Assembly (NCBI GenBank): GCA_002687895.1
Contig: NZBL01000017.1
Location: 1-62,712 of the forward strand
From: a bacterium
Lineage (GTDB): Bacteria > Patescibacteriota > Patescibacteriia > UBA2169
DNA: 62,712 nucleotides
Direction: 5' to 3'
Shown: in pieces, positions 46,753 to 56,256 of the stretch
How positions within the stretch are numbered: position 1 is the first letter of the stretch
How the letters are laid out: every line of letters begins with the position of its first letter
Notes under the pieces: generated by a model
The model's input: only the letters and a program-made list of their open reading frames with translations
Databases searched by the model: none
What the model was told of the DNA's origin: nothing
Position numbers and translations under genes: made by a program

Positions 46753-46785
46753 TATAAGCTGTAAACAATGTGCATATTAATATAG

Positions 46786-46814
46786 TTGACCAAACACCAA
46801 GAAACTTGTATACT
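46786..46814 (+). promoter_or_regulatory. Sigma-70-type promoter of tRNA-Glu
   Basis: TTGACC, a 17-nt spacer and TATACT, ending 25 nt before the tRNA. Confidence 0.65.
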
Positions 46815-46839
46815 CGTTTTGTCTATCCGACTCTAACGC

Positions 46840-46914
46840 GGCCCCATCGTCTAGTGGCTAGGACATCAGGTTTTCATCCTGGAAACAGGGGTTCGATTCC
46901 CCTTGGGGCTACCA
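46840..46914 (+). tRNA. tRNA-Glu (anticodon TTC), CCA encoded
   Basis: GGCCCCATCGTCTAGTGGCTAGGACATCAGGTTTTCATCCTGGAAACAGGGGTTCGATTCCCCTTGGGGCTACCA, with anticodon loop TTTTCAT. Confidence 0.9.
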
Positions 46915-46943
46915 AAAAACACTCAAAATTATGGGTGTTTTTT
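46915..46943 (+). terminator. Intrinsic terminator after tRNA-Glu
   Basis: AAACACTC-N8-GGGTGTTT is followed by a T-run. Confidence 0.6.
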
Positions 46944-47233
46944 GATAAAAAAATTAGTCAAGTTAGTTTTCAACATTTAATCAACAGTTGTGAATTGACG
47001 AGCGCATTATGGCTGATATACTAGAGGGGCTTTATTATTAAGCATGCCTAATTTGATGATTGTTTTTCAATTATCATTAGGAAGCAATAAAGGGATAATC
47101 ACATGATTATTTTCCAAGAAGATGACTCAGCAGCTCCATCTGAGCCAGCTGCTTAAGTACTGTAAATCAATAAAAGCGGCGCTATATAGTAGCCGCTTTT
47201 ATTATTGTCCTAGCAATGCTAATATTCGGCTAT

Positions 47234-48244
47234 ATGATGATATTGGGTATTGAAACTTCATGTGATGACACATCTAGCGCGCTTGTTGAAGTCAAACGAG
47301 GAAAATTTCATGTACATAAAAATATCATTGCTTCACAAGCTAAACTCCACAACAAATACGGGGGTGTGGTTCCAGAGGTTGCGGCACGCAAGCATGTTGA
47401 AACAATTATTCCAGTTATCAAAGAAGTGATTGGAAACAAACAACCACAACTTGATGCAATAGCTGTAACCCAAGGTCCGGGTTTGATCACAAGCTTGCAT
47501 GTTGGAGTAGAAACCGCAAAAGCGCTTTCCATTGCATGGAATGTGCCCTTAATCGGAACAAATCATATAGAAGGCCACATCTACTCTGTGTTGTTGAATG
47601 AAAAAATCAGCAAACTTAAGTTCCCTGCTGTAGCACTCATAGTATCGGGAGGTCATACTGAACTTATTTTGATGACTAATCATGGTAAATACAAACTCCT
47701 TGGCAGAACACGAGATGACGCAGCTGGAGAAGCATTTGATAAATCTGCTAAAATGTTAGGTCTGAACTATCCCGGAGGTCCAGAGATTTCAAAGCATGCT
47801 CAAAAAGGAAATCCAGATGCATTTGACATTCCTCGTCCAATGATTGAACGTGATGACTGCGAGTTCAGCTTCTCTGGAATGAAAAACGCGATCAGGCTGT
47901 TGATTGAAGACCTCAAAAAAGAAAAAAAGAAATTACCTATAAATGATCTTGCTGCCTCAATTGAAGAGGCAATTGTTGATTTATTAGTAACAAAATCACT
48001 TATTAGCGTAGCACAAAACAAGCCAAAGACCTTTGTTTTGGCAGGTGGAGTTAGTGCCAATAAAAAATTACGCTCATGCATAAAAAAAGCTTTGCCCAAA
48101 TCAATCAATATATTAATAGCTGATCAACAATTCACCCAAGACAATGCTAGTATGATTGCAGCTGCTTCATATCATCACATAAAAAAGAAACAATTTTCTA
48201 ATCCCTACAAATTAACTGCAAATACCAATTGGGAGTTGGTGTAA
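47234..48244 (+). CDS. tsaD: tRNA N6-adenosine threonylcarbamoyltransferase TsaD
   Basis: MMILGIETSCDDTS..., HIEGHI and SGGHTEL motifs are present. The ORF-track start at 47216 is also possible. Confidence 0.9.
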   Translation: MMILGIETSCDDTSSALVEVKRGKFHVHKNIIASQAKLHNKYGGVVPEVAARKHVETIIPVIKEVIGNKQPQLDAIAVTQGPGLITSLHVGVETAKALSIAWNVPLIGTNHIEGHIYSVLLNEKISKLKFPAVALIVSGGHTELILMTNHGKYKLLGRTRDDAAGEAFDKSAKMLGLNYPGGPEISKHAQKGNPDAFDIPRPMIERDDCEFSFSGMKNAIRLLIEDLKKEKKKLPINDLAASIEEAIVDLLVTKSLISVAQNKPKTFVLAGGVSANKKLRSCIKKALPKSINILIADQQFTQDNASMIAAASYHHIKKKQFSNPYKLTANTNWELV

Positions 48245-48292
48245 ATACGTTGCAAGTATATATAGCAGTCCGTCGAAGAAGCATATATTCTA

Positions 48293-49075
48293 TTATGCCT
48301 CTTTTTTTTGATCCAGTCGTTTTGCTTCTTTCCAAGATAGTTCGTAAATCTTCTTCATAGCGTCTGCGATTTCCTTGCTTTCAATAATAATGCCCAGTTT
48401 CTCCCGCCATGAGGCAATCATGATTTTATTATCATAGATATTTATCTCCGGACTAAAATAATACTTATCAGTTGGCACAAACGCGATTTCTCTTTTTTCT
48501 TCTTCATCATGCTTGGTGCGCTCAAGCGCGAGTTCGGTCTTTGGAACAATGCCGCGAATTGAAATGCCTTTACCTGCCCTGCGCTTGTAATACTCTGGAA
48601 AATAATTTGGCAATGTGCGGTGCATGTCATCAATGGTCGCATATGCGCGAATTGGCTCAGTTGAAGTGAGCGTGTCCTCATATACTTCTTTTAAACCATC
48701 TTTTCCCTCGTAGAATCGGACACTAGGCCTGCCAGTGGTATTATGCATTGATTTAAGACTAGGAACCAATTCTGTAGCTGCCTCAAGCTCTTGTTTTGCG
48801 CGGTTAAACTGCTCTGTTACCAGTTTGATGATGTAATCTGGTGATTCTGCAGTATATTCCTGTTTTGGCTCTTTTCCGGAAATACTTACTAATCTCTTAG
48901 AAACTAGCGAATCCAAAACATCATACCCAGTTGTGCGATTAATTCCTGCTTTTCTTGATATCTGTGAAACCGTGCCTTTTCCCAATTCTAACAAAGCCAA
49001 GTACATATTAGCCTCTTTTTCTGTAAAATTGAGTAATTTTAATGATTCTCTAAGTTTTTGGTTGGTTTGTTGCAT
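48293..49075 (-). CDS. TrmB-family transcriptional regulator
   Basis: An N-terminal winged HTH (LNFTEKEANMYLALLELGKGTVSQISRKAGINRTTGYDVLDSLVSKRLV) is followed by a C-terminal TrmB-type effector domain. It is divergent from the radical SAM gene. Confidence 0.8.
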   Translation of the reverse strand: MQQTNQKLRESLKLLNFTEKEANMYLALLELGKGTVSQISRKAGINRTTGYDVLDSLVSKRLVSISGKEPKQEYTAESPDYIIKLVTEQFNRAKQELEAATELVPSLKSMHNTTGRPSVRFYEGKDGLKEVYEDTLTSTEPIRAYATIDDMHRTLPNYFPEYYKRRAGKGISIRGIVPKTELALERTKHDEEEKREIAFVPTDKYYFSPEINIYDNKIMIASWREKLGIIIESKEIADAMKKIYELSWKEAKRLDQKKEA

Positions 49076-49268
49076 ATATAGGTAGTATAGCGCACTTAGA
49101 GAATTGTGTCAACCCCCTCCCACAAAATTAGAAATATACGTATTTCCTTTAGAAAAAGGATATATATTTCTGACGGAGATACTTGACAAACTACTAAATA
49201 CATGCTAAACTACTTGACTACAATACAAAAAATCATTCTTTTACATTTCAACATCACAGGAGATAGCC

Positions 49269-50489
49269 ATGAATTCGTTAGAATTTTTGACCAAAAAGAT
49301 TTCGGTAGTTTTTGAAGGTAATTTCCCCGAAGGATACTGCAATGACGTGCAGTACTGGGGAAATACGTCTAGGGAGGGTCTCCACACTACCCTTCCCGAC
49401 GGAACCATGAAGATGACATGCATGGATCTGGACGTTGGGAATGCGTGCAGTTTCAAATGTCCGCATTGCTTCCGTCGCGACGATAGATTTGACGTCGTTG
49501 ACGGATGTAATAAGTTAACCCACGAGGAAATCGTGGGTTATATCCGAGAGGCCAAGGAATTGGGTCTCAAGCAGATTAAGGTACTAGGACGAGGCGAGCC
49601 ATTCCAGAACCCTCGCTTCCTTGAGTTTTTAGAAGAAGTAAGCGCCATGGGAATCGGCGTGGCTGTTTTCACCAAGGGCCATGTCATCGGCTCTGACGCG
49701 CATGCCAAAAAGTATAACGGACACCGCGGGATAACTACTGGTCAGAAGCTCGCTGACCGTCTACACGAGCTGAATGTCAGTATCCTGCTTGGGTTTCACT
49801 CTTTTAACAAAGAAACCCAGGAAGAATTTGCTGGCATAGACCTGTTGTCCATAAATTCTCCGCTAAAGGATTACGTGGGAATGAGGGACCAAGCCCTGTT
49901 GAATCTTGTGAAAGCGGGGTTCAACAAGTATGTAGAAGGTGAGGCCACTCGCTTGGCGATAATACCGGCACCAGTCAAGCCTGAAAACATACAGGAAATT
50001 TTTAACCTGTATACATGGGCAAGGAAACGCAATATTTATTGCGTGAGTAGCCCTACCATGATTAGTGGCAAGGGTATTGACGAACTCATGAGGGAGGAAA
50101 ATTTTAAGTCTTATATCTCCGAGCTGACGGAGATTTGGACTCAGATTTACATCTGGGCCATAGAGACAAATTTAATCCCTCTGGAAAAATTCGTTGAGGA
50201 CGGGGTGTCCATGTACCCCGGCGCCCACCCCTGCAATCAGACCGCTGCAGGATTTTATCTCAACCTGTCTGGGCAGGTAAATATGTGCCCAGGTAGGGTG
50301 GATTCGGAGACCATTTTTTCCGAGGATATTCGGAAAGATGGTTTGAAGGCCACATGGATGAACTCCGCCAACTACCAGCGGGCACAGGGCAATGGGTTTA
50401 ATTACCATTGCCCAGCTCGTGACGGGCACAGCGTGCCCGTAAATTTCTATGACGACATTCAGGCAAAGGTTTTAGAAGCCCTAGCTTAA
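49269..50489 (+). CDS. Radical SAM enzyme with a Cys-containing (SPASM/twitch-like) C-terminal region
   Basis: The CxxxCxxC motif is GNACSFKCPHCF. A GRGEPF SAM-binding-type motif is present, and C-terminal cysteines occur at HPC..MCPG..HCPARDG. It is visibly more GC-rich than flanking genes. Confidence 0.75.
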   Translation: MNSLEFLTKKISVVFEGNFPEGYCNDVQYWGNTSREGLHTTLPDGTMKMTCMDLDVGNACSFKCPHCFRRDDRFDVVDGCNKLTHEEIVGYIREAKELGLKQIKVLGRGEPFQNPRFLEFLEEVSAMGIGVAVFTKGHVIGSDAHAKKYNGHRGITTGQKLADRLHELNVSILLGFHSFNKETQEEFAGIDLLSINSPLKDYVGMRDQALLNLVKAGFNKYVEGEATRLAIIPAPVKPENIQEIFNLYTWARKRNIYCVSSPTMISGKGIDELMREENFKSYISELTEIWTQIYIWAIETNLIPLEKFVEDGVSMYPGAHPCNQTAAGFYLNLSGQVNMCPGRVDSETIFSEDIRKDGLKATWMNSANYQRAQGNGFNYHCPARDGHSVPVNFYDDIQAKVLEALA

Positions 50490-50515
50490 TGAATGTCAAA
50501 ACAAGCACCTTTAAC

Positions 50516-50549
50516 CCGCCCATAGCTAAAAACTATGGGCGGTTTTTTT
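50516..50549 (+). terminator. Intrinsic terminator after the radical SAM gene
   Basis: CCGCCCATAG-N7-CTATGGGCGG is followed by TTTTTTT. Confidence 0.8.
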
Positions 50550-50625
50550 ATCTGTAAATTGATTGGCAGGACTTAGTCGTTAAATCACAAACAACTCATA
50601 CATGTGAGCTGTTTATTTTTTTAAT

Positions 50626-51120
50626 TTATTTCTCTTCTTCTTTCCCTTTCTCCAAAATCCTCCTCGACTCCTTCTCGAAATCAGACTCTATCACTTGATG
50701 CTTATTAAATTCTTCATATTCAGAAACAGCTTTCTCTTTTGCTCTTCCCGACGAAACACGACCCTTACCCTCAAGAATCTCATATTCGTTAAAAGTTAAA
50801 AACTTATCCACGCTTTGAGCGAACTCCTGCATTGTGAAAGTTTTTTTGCGGTCAATAACACCCTCTATATAATCAAAAAACCCTGTGACAGTGCGCTCAA
50901 GTTTTTTTATCTCATCTTCTTGTAAATAATTTTTAGCTATTACCACATCAGATTTCAAAATCCTGCCCGGTGAATTTTTCCAAGTCTCAAGACCCATATT
51001 TGGTTCCTTTGCATTAGCTTTTGTGTGTGTCAAGCCGCGGATCAAAACAATTATTTTTAAACAGTACCTCTCTTTCGCGAATTTGTGGCTTAAGGTCTGG
51101 TGGCAGCTTCTTAAACGCAC
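50626..51120 (-). pseudogene. RhuM-family gene remnant (C-terminal half only)
   Basis: KEPNMGLETWKNSPGRILKSDVVIAKNYLQEDEIKKLERTVTGFFDYIEG...EYEEFNKHQ matches the C-terminal region of RhuM-family proteins. There is no room upstream for the N-terminal half before the next gene. Confidence 0.55.
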
Positions 51121-51165
51121 GTTGAAAATGGGTAGAATATCTAATCCTCCTAATTTCCATACCCA

Positions 51166-51408
51166 TTACTCCATTAAATTAGTGAGTGACCCTTTAAGCT
51201 CTTTTAATTTTCCTGCATTCTTTTCACGATCATATGACTGTAATGCAACCTCTGCTTGAGATTCTTCTCTATGTACCTGCTCAAGATAATTGCGAAGCGC
51301 GCTGCGCATAAGCTCAGAGCGAGTCATGTGTCTTTTTTTTGCCACCACCTCTGACTGTTTAACCATGGCTTGGGGAAGTGATATTGTCATCACCGAAGAA
51401 GTACGCAT
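51166..51408 (-). CDS. Ribbon-helix-helix (CopG/ParD-like) antitoxin-type protein, apparently orphan
   Basis: MTISLPQAMVKQSEVVAKKRHMTRSELMRSALRNYLEQV has the beta-strand, helix, helix pattern of RHH proteins. No intact toxin lies downstream. Confidence 0.6.
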   Translation of the reverse strand: MRTSSVMTISLPQAMVKQSEVVAKKRHMTRSELMRSALRNYLEQVHREESQAEVALQSYDREKNAGKLKELKGSLTNLME

Positions 51409-51414
51409 AATAAA

Positions 51415-51441
51415 ATATTACTAAGTATTACTTAGTAATAT
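51415..51441. promoter_or_regulatory. Perfect 27-bp palindrome upstream of the RHH gene (likely autoregulatory operator)
   Basis: ATATTACTAAGTA-T-TACTTAGTAATAT starts 7 nt upstream of the ORF. Confidence 0.55.
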
Positions 51442-51504
51442 AATCTATAACAATATTGTTGTCAATAGATTGATAAAAAGAGCGCAAAACGGTATGATAA
51501 CTGC

Positions 51505-54138
51505 ATGAAAACTTCCATACCAAAAGCATATGACCCCAAAAAAGTAGAAGATGCCATTTATGAACAATGGGAATCTTCTGATTTATTTAAACCTGATTCA
51601 AGTGCCACAGGCAAGCCATTTACCATTTCCATGCCACCGCCAAATACAACAGGCATACTCCATATTGGGCATGCCATGTTTGTTACATTACAGGATATTA
51701 TGACGCGATACGCGCGCATGAACGGTAGAAAAGCACTATGGCTTCCAGGAACAGACCATGCAGCCATTGCCACAGAATCAAGAGTTGACAAAGATTTAAT
51801 AGATGAAACAGGAAAATCCAAACATGATTTAGGGCGTGAGGATTTTTTGAAAAAAGTTCATGCATATATCAAGGACTCTCAAGGAACAATAAAAAATCAA
51901 ATCAGGAAAATGGGAGCAAGTTGCGATTGGTCGCGAGAGCGGTATACGCTTGATGAAGGATTAACGCGGTGCGTGCAAGAGGTGTTCATCAAGATGTACA
52001 ATGATGGATTAATCTACCGCGGCAATAGAATCGTAAACTGGGATCCTAAAATGCAGACAACTGTGTCTGATGATGAGATAGAATATGTTGAGAAAAAAAC
52101 ACCTTTCTATACTTTCAAGTATGGCCCGTTTGAAATCGCGACAGCCAGGCCAGAAACCAAATTCGGGGACAAATATGTTGTCATGCATCCAGATGACAAA
52201 CGATATGCTAAATACAAGCATGGAGAGCAATTTGAGGCGGACTGGATAAATGGAAAAATTACCGCGACCGTGGTTAAAGACGAATCTGTTGATCCGGAAT
52301 TTGGCACAGGAGTTATGACAATTACGCCTTGGCATGATACTGCGGACTTTGACATTGCCCAAAGGCACAAACTAGACCGCGAACAAATTATTGATCTTAA
52401 TGGCAAGCTCCTAGATATAGCTGAAGAATTCAAAAACATGGAAATTGGCGAAGCACGGCCATTAATAGTTGAAAAACTAAAACACAAAGGGCTCTTAATC
52501 AAAACAGATAATGAGTACATAAACAAAGTCGCAACCTCATATCGCGGAGGCGGCATTATTGAGCCCCAAATCATGGAGCAATGGTTTGTTAATGTTGATA
52601 AGCCAGCCCGCACATGGAAAGGAAAAAAACGATCACTCAAAGAAATCAGTATTGACGCGGTAAAATCCAAAGACATTGACATCATCCCAAGTCGTTTCAA
52701 AAAAACATATTTCCATTGGATGGAAAACTTGCATGATTGGTGCATTTCGCGCCAACTTTACTTTGGCCACAGAATTCCAGCGTGGTTTAATAAAAATGAC
52801 AAAACTGATATTAAAGTAGGTATTCAATCCCCTGGCAAAGAATATGAGCAAGACCAAGATACCTTAGACACATGGTTTTCTAGCGCAATGTGGACATTCT
52901 CTACATTGCTTGATGAGCCAAAAAAGGATGACACAATTGATTCATGGATTAAGCGCAACAAAATATTGGGTACTGATCTTGCAACTTTTCATCCAACAAA
53001 TGTTTTAGAAACCGCGTATGAGATTTTGTTTTTTTGGGTTGCAAGGATGATTTTAATGACTACATATGTGGTTGGAGAAATTCCATTTAAGACCGTATAT
53101 TTACATGGATTGGTGCGTGATAAACAAGGCCGCAAGATGAGTAAAACACTTGATAATGGAATTGATCCTTTAGAAATGACGCAAAAGTATGGAGCAGATG
53201 CAACACGCCTTTCGCTCGTGATTGGCACAACTCCTGGCAATGATACGCGCATGTATGAAGAAAAAATCGCCGGGTACCGCAACTTTGTAAACAAAATCTG
53301 GAACATTGCTCGGTTCATAATTATCTATAGAGGAGGCACTCGCAAATTTGATGAAAAAACCTTAGCCGACAAATGGATTGAATCGCGCTTGCAGAATTTA
53401 ATTAAAGAAGTAACCAATCATTACGAACAATTTGAATATTCAATTGCAGGAGAAAAAATTTATGAGTTCTTGTGGCATGAGTTGGCTGACTGGTATGTAG
53501 AAATATCAAAACAGCAAGATCACACACTTGCTCCACAAATCTTACTAGAAGCTATCAAGCTCTTGCATCCATTTACCCCTTTTATTACAGAAGAAATATT
53601 CCAGATGCTTAAAAAGGAAAAGCTTGTTGACTCCAAAGATGAATGGCTTATGACTTCTACTTGGCCAAAAGCGCAGGCCAAGATTATTAAGCCAAAAATA
53701 GAGAATGACTTTTCAGCTCTCCAAGAGCTCATAACAGAAATCAGAGATTTGCGCGCAACATATCATCTGTCTTACAGCCAAAAGCTTAATGCAGTTGTAA
53801 CAACCAAAAAATATAAAAAACTATTCCAAGATCAAGAATTAGTTGTAGAAGCTTTAACCAAAGTAAAAATTCAAGTTTTACCAAGCAAGCCAGTAAAGCG
53901 CGAAGAATTTATTAGGGCTCATACATCGCATTTTGACGTGTTTATAAAGCTATCCGCAAAAAAGTTTAAACAGCAGTCCCAACGATTATCAATAGAAAAA
54001 GAACAGCTTGAGCAATATATTGAAGTACTAGAAAAAAAGCTCGCAAATAAAGAATTTATACAAAACGCGCCACCTGATATTGTAGAGCTTGAAAAGAAAA
54101 AACTGCAAGACGCGCAAAATAAATTAAGGAAATTATAA
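51505..54138 (+). CDS. valS: Valine--tRNA ligase
   Basis: PPPNTTGILHIGHA (HIGH motif), KMSKT and a C-terminal coiled coil are present; 877 aa. Confidence 0.95.
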   Translation: MKTSIPKAYDPKKVEDAIYEQWESSDLFKPDSSATGKPFTISMPPPNTTGILHIGHAMFVTLQDIMTRYARMNGRKALWLPGTDHAAIATESRVDKDLIDETGKSKHDLGREDFLKKVHAYIKDSQGTIKNQIRKMGASCDWSRERYTLDEGLTRCVQEVFIKMYNDGLIYRGNRIVNWDPKMQTTVSDDEIEYVEKKTPFYTFKYGPFEIATARPETKFGDKYVVMHPDDKRYAKYKHGEQFEADWINGKITATVVKDESVDPEFGTGVMTITPWHDTADFDIAQRHKLDREQIIDLNGKLLDIAEEFKNMEIGEARPLIVEKLKHKGLLIKTDNEYINKVATSYRGGGIIEPQIMEQWFVNVDKPARTWKGKKRSLKEISIDAVKSKDIDIIPSRFKKTYFHWMENLHDWCISRQLYFGHRIPAWFNKNDKTDIKVGIQSPGKEYEQDQDTLDTWFSSAMWTFSTLLDEPKKDDTIDSWIKRNKILGTDLATFHPTNVLETAYEILFFWVARMILMTTYVVGEIPFKTVYLHGLVRDKQGRKMSKTLDNGIDPLEMTQKYGADATRLSLVIGTTPGNDTRMYEEKIAGYRNFVNKIWNIARFIIIYRGGTRKFDEKTLADKWIESRLQNLIKEVTNHYEQFEYSIAGEKIYEFLWHELADWYVEISKQQDHTLAPQILLEAIKLLHPFTPFITEEIFQMLKKEKLVDSKDEWLMTSTWPKAQAKIIKPKIENDFSALQELITEIRDLRATYHLSYSQKLNAVVTTKKYKKLFQDQELVVEALTKVKIQVLPSKPVKREEFIRAHTSHFDVFIKLSAKKFKQQSQRLSIEKEQLEQYIEVLEKKLANKEFIQNAPPDIVELEKKKLQDAQNKLRKL

Positions 54139-54239
54139 AAGTAATACCCCCGCCTCTGTACTCCCAAGGCGGGGTTTAAAAATTGATCTCTGTATTCATG
54201 CATATATCCTCTTCCTATGGCAAATGCCGATAGTAATCC

Positions 54240-54458
54240 CTATAAAGTTCGCTGCGCCTCCTGCACCTCTCCGGATCGTACGCGAGCCAGCACAGTATTG
54301 GAATCAGTAGAACTAACACTATCATGCTCAATCTTACCTCCTTTCTGGTTCATTCCATATTCCTCACAAACTTCCTGAGGAGATGGAACGCAAGCCAAGA
54401 TGTCAGCGATCAACCATATCAATCCCATAACCAAGATTGCTATAATTGTAATAGCCAT
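54240..54458 (-). CDS. Small membrane protein downstream of pilB
   Basis: AAGGAGGG lies 5 nt upstream of the ATG at 54458. The product MAITIIAILVMGLIWLIADILACVP... has a single TM helix. The ORF-track start at 54494 is less likely. Confidence 0.45.
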   Translation of the reverse strand: MAITIIAILVMGLIWLIADILACVPSPQEVCEEYGMNQKGGKIEHDSVSSTDSNTVLARVRSGEVQEAQRTL

Positions 54459-54496
54459 ATTGCCCTCCTTATTTAAAAAGTTTAAAAAGGTCAAGA

Positions 54497-56239
54497 TTAC
54501 TCTTCAGTCACTCTAAATATTTCATCAACCGAGGTGATTCCGTCCAAGGCCTTAAGCATGCCATCCTGAACCATGGATACCATGCCTGCTTTTTGAGTAA
54601 CCGTCTTAACGTCTGCCTCCGCAACTTCTCCAGAAAGCACCATTTTCTCTATTTCAGGAGTCATGGTAAAAACTTCATAAACTCCTGTCCTGCCTTTGTA
54701 TCCTTCTTTTCCACATTCATCACATCCTGCTCCTTTGTAAAACTTTATTTCCTTGTCCTTATCAACAGCAAACTCGGAATTTTCTGGAATTGAGTTAATA
54801 ATATTCATTACGCGGGTTAATACCTCGTTATCTAATTCAAGCTCTTGCTTGCACTTTTCGCAGATCTTGCGTACAAGCCTTTGGCCAATTACCGCGTTAA
54901 CTGAAGGAGAAATCAAGAAAGGCTTAACACCCATAGCCAAAAAACGCGGAATAGCTCCGGACGCGTCATTTGTATGCAAAGTTGAAAGCACTAGATGGCC
55001 GGTAAGTGCCGCGTTAATAGCAACATCAGCAGTTTCCAAATCCCGTATTTCACCGACCATTACCACATCAGGGTCTTGGCGAAGTATGGATCGCAAACCT
55101 TTTGCAAAATCATATTCTTTTGATTTATCAACTTGGCTTTGGTTGATTCCCTCTAGCTTGTATTCAATAGGATCTTCTAAAGTAATGATTTTAGTTTCTT
55201 CGTCATTTAGCTTGTTAAGGATCGCGTAAAGAGTGGTGGTTTTACCGCTTCCCGTAGGGCCTGTTGTTAAAATCATTCCATTAGGCCTTTCTACTTCGCG
55301 CTTTAAATCCATAAATGCTTTTCCTCGGATGCCGAGCTTTTCAAAACCCAATCCAACATTGCTAGAGCGCAGCAAGCGCATGACTACTGATTCTCCATGG
55401 GCTGTGGGAAGCGTTGAAACGCGGATATCAAGCTTGTCATCTGGAAGTTCAATTGAAATTCTGCCGTCTTGAGGCTTATCAGTAATATTTAATTTAAGGT
55501 GTGATAATAACTTAATGCGGGAAATTACCTGTTCCCACATTTCTTTTGTAAGCGTAGCCATCTCATGGAGAACACCATCTAAACGAAACCTAAGCTTGAT
55601 TCCGTCCTCTTCTGCTTCTATGTGAATATCGCTTGCCTCTGATTCAATGCCAGCAGCTAAAATAATTGTCATAACATCTGTTAAAGGAATCTTATCTAGC
55701 TTTTGTGGCAAAGACTTAATGTCTTTGACATCATCTTTAAATTTTTCTAAATCTTTCGCAGTAATTGAAACCGATTTTTGGATTTTAGGTTTTTTAGGAA
55801 TTCTCTCATAATCTTTTAAAGCTTTTTTTAGGCTGTCTTCTGAAATCAAATACAGTTTTGCATTTGCATGATTATCTTTTGCAAGCTTATCCACCATCTG
55901 TGCCACTGCATTGCTCGGAGCTGTTGTTGCAACCCGTATTTGGCCGTCGCGGTTCAAAAAAACAACAGACTTTAGTTGCACGATCTGCTTTTTGGTTAAT
56001 AACCCTAAAGCCTCCATATCAATAGGAGTATCTGTTAAATCAACATACTCAAGGCCCTGGGAAGAAGCAGCTGATTGGATTTCTTTTTCATGTCCCTTGT
56101 GCTCAATCTTTGATACTTCCTTTTGAAGCTCTTCTTTGGGATCTTCTTCCTTTTGCGCTAGATCTTGGGGTTGATTTTTAGCAGGGCTTTTTTTTGCTAG
56201 CAAATCCTCTATAGAAGGATTATCTTTATCATTTGGCAT
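54497..56239 (-). CDS. pilB: Type IV pilus assembly / type II secretion ATPase (PilB/GspE family)
   Basis: Walker A GPTGSGKTTTLYA, an Asp box, Walker B and a tetracysteine motif (CEKC..CDEC) are present. Confidence 0.9.
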   Translation of the reverse strand: MPNDKDNPSIEDLLAKKSPAKNQPQDLAQKEEDPKEELQKEVSKIEHKGHEKEIQSAASSQGLEYVDLTDTPIDMEALGLLTKKQIVQLKSVVFLNRDGQIRVATTAPSNAVAQMVDKLAKDNHANAKLYLISEDSLKKALKDYERIPKKPKIQKSVSITAKDLEKFKDDVKDIKSLPQKLDKIPLTDVMTIILAAGIESEASDIHIEAEEDGIKLRFRLDGVLHEMATLTKEMWEQVISRIKLLSHLKLNITDKPQDGRISIELPDDKLDIRVSTLPTAHGESVVMRLLRSSNVGLGFEKLGIRGKAFMDLKREVERPNGMILTTGPTGSGKTTTLYAILNKLNDEETKIITLEDPIEYKLEGINQSQVDKSKEYDFAKGLRSILRQDPDVVMVGEIRDLETADVAINAALTGHLVLSTLHTNDASGAIPRFLAMGVKPFLISPSVNAVIGQRLVRKICEKCKQELELDNEVLTRVMNIINSIPENSEFAVDKDKEIKFYKGAGCDECGKEGYKGRTGVYEVFTMTPEIEKMVLSGEVAEADVKTVTQKAGMVSMVQDGMLKALDGITSVDEIFRVTEE

Positions 56240-56256
56240 AATGGAGAAATACTATA

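Noticed and set aside
47100-47205. A 17-codon ORF (MIIFQEDDSAAPSEPAA) followed by a hairpin upstream of tsaD, considered as a leader-peptide attenuator
   Set aside because: It has no run of regulatory codons and no alternative antiterminator pairing that I could see. The hairpin is adequately explained as a simple terminator.
50487-50555. A 22-codon ORF (MNVKTSTFNPPIAKNYGRFFYL) overlapping the radical SAM stop codon, considered as a possible RiPP precursor
   Set aside because: Most of it is encoded by the terminator hairpin and T-run. It has no Cys, Ser or Thr pattern typical of SPASM substrates.
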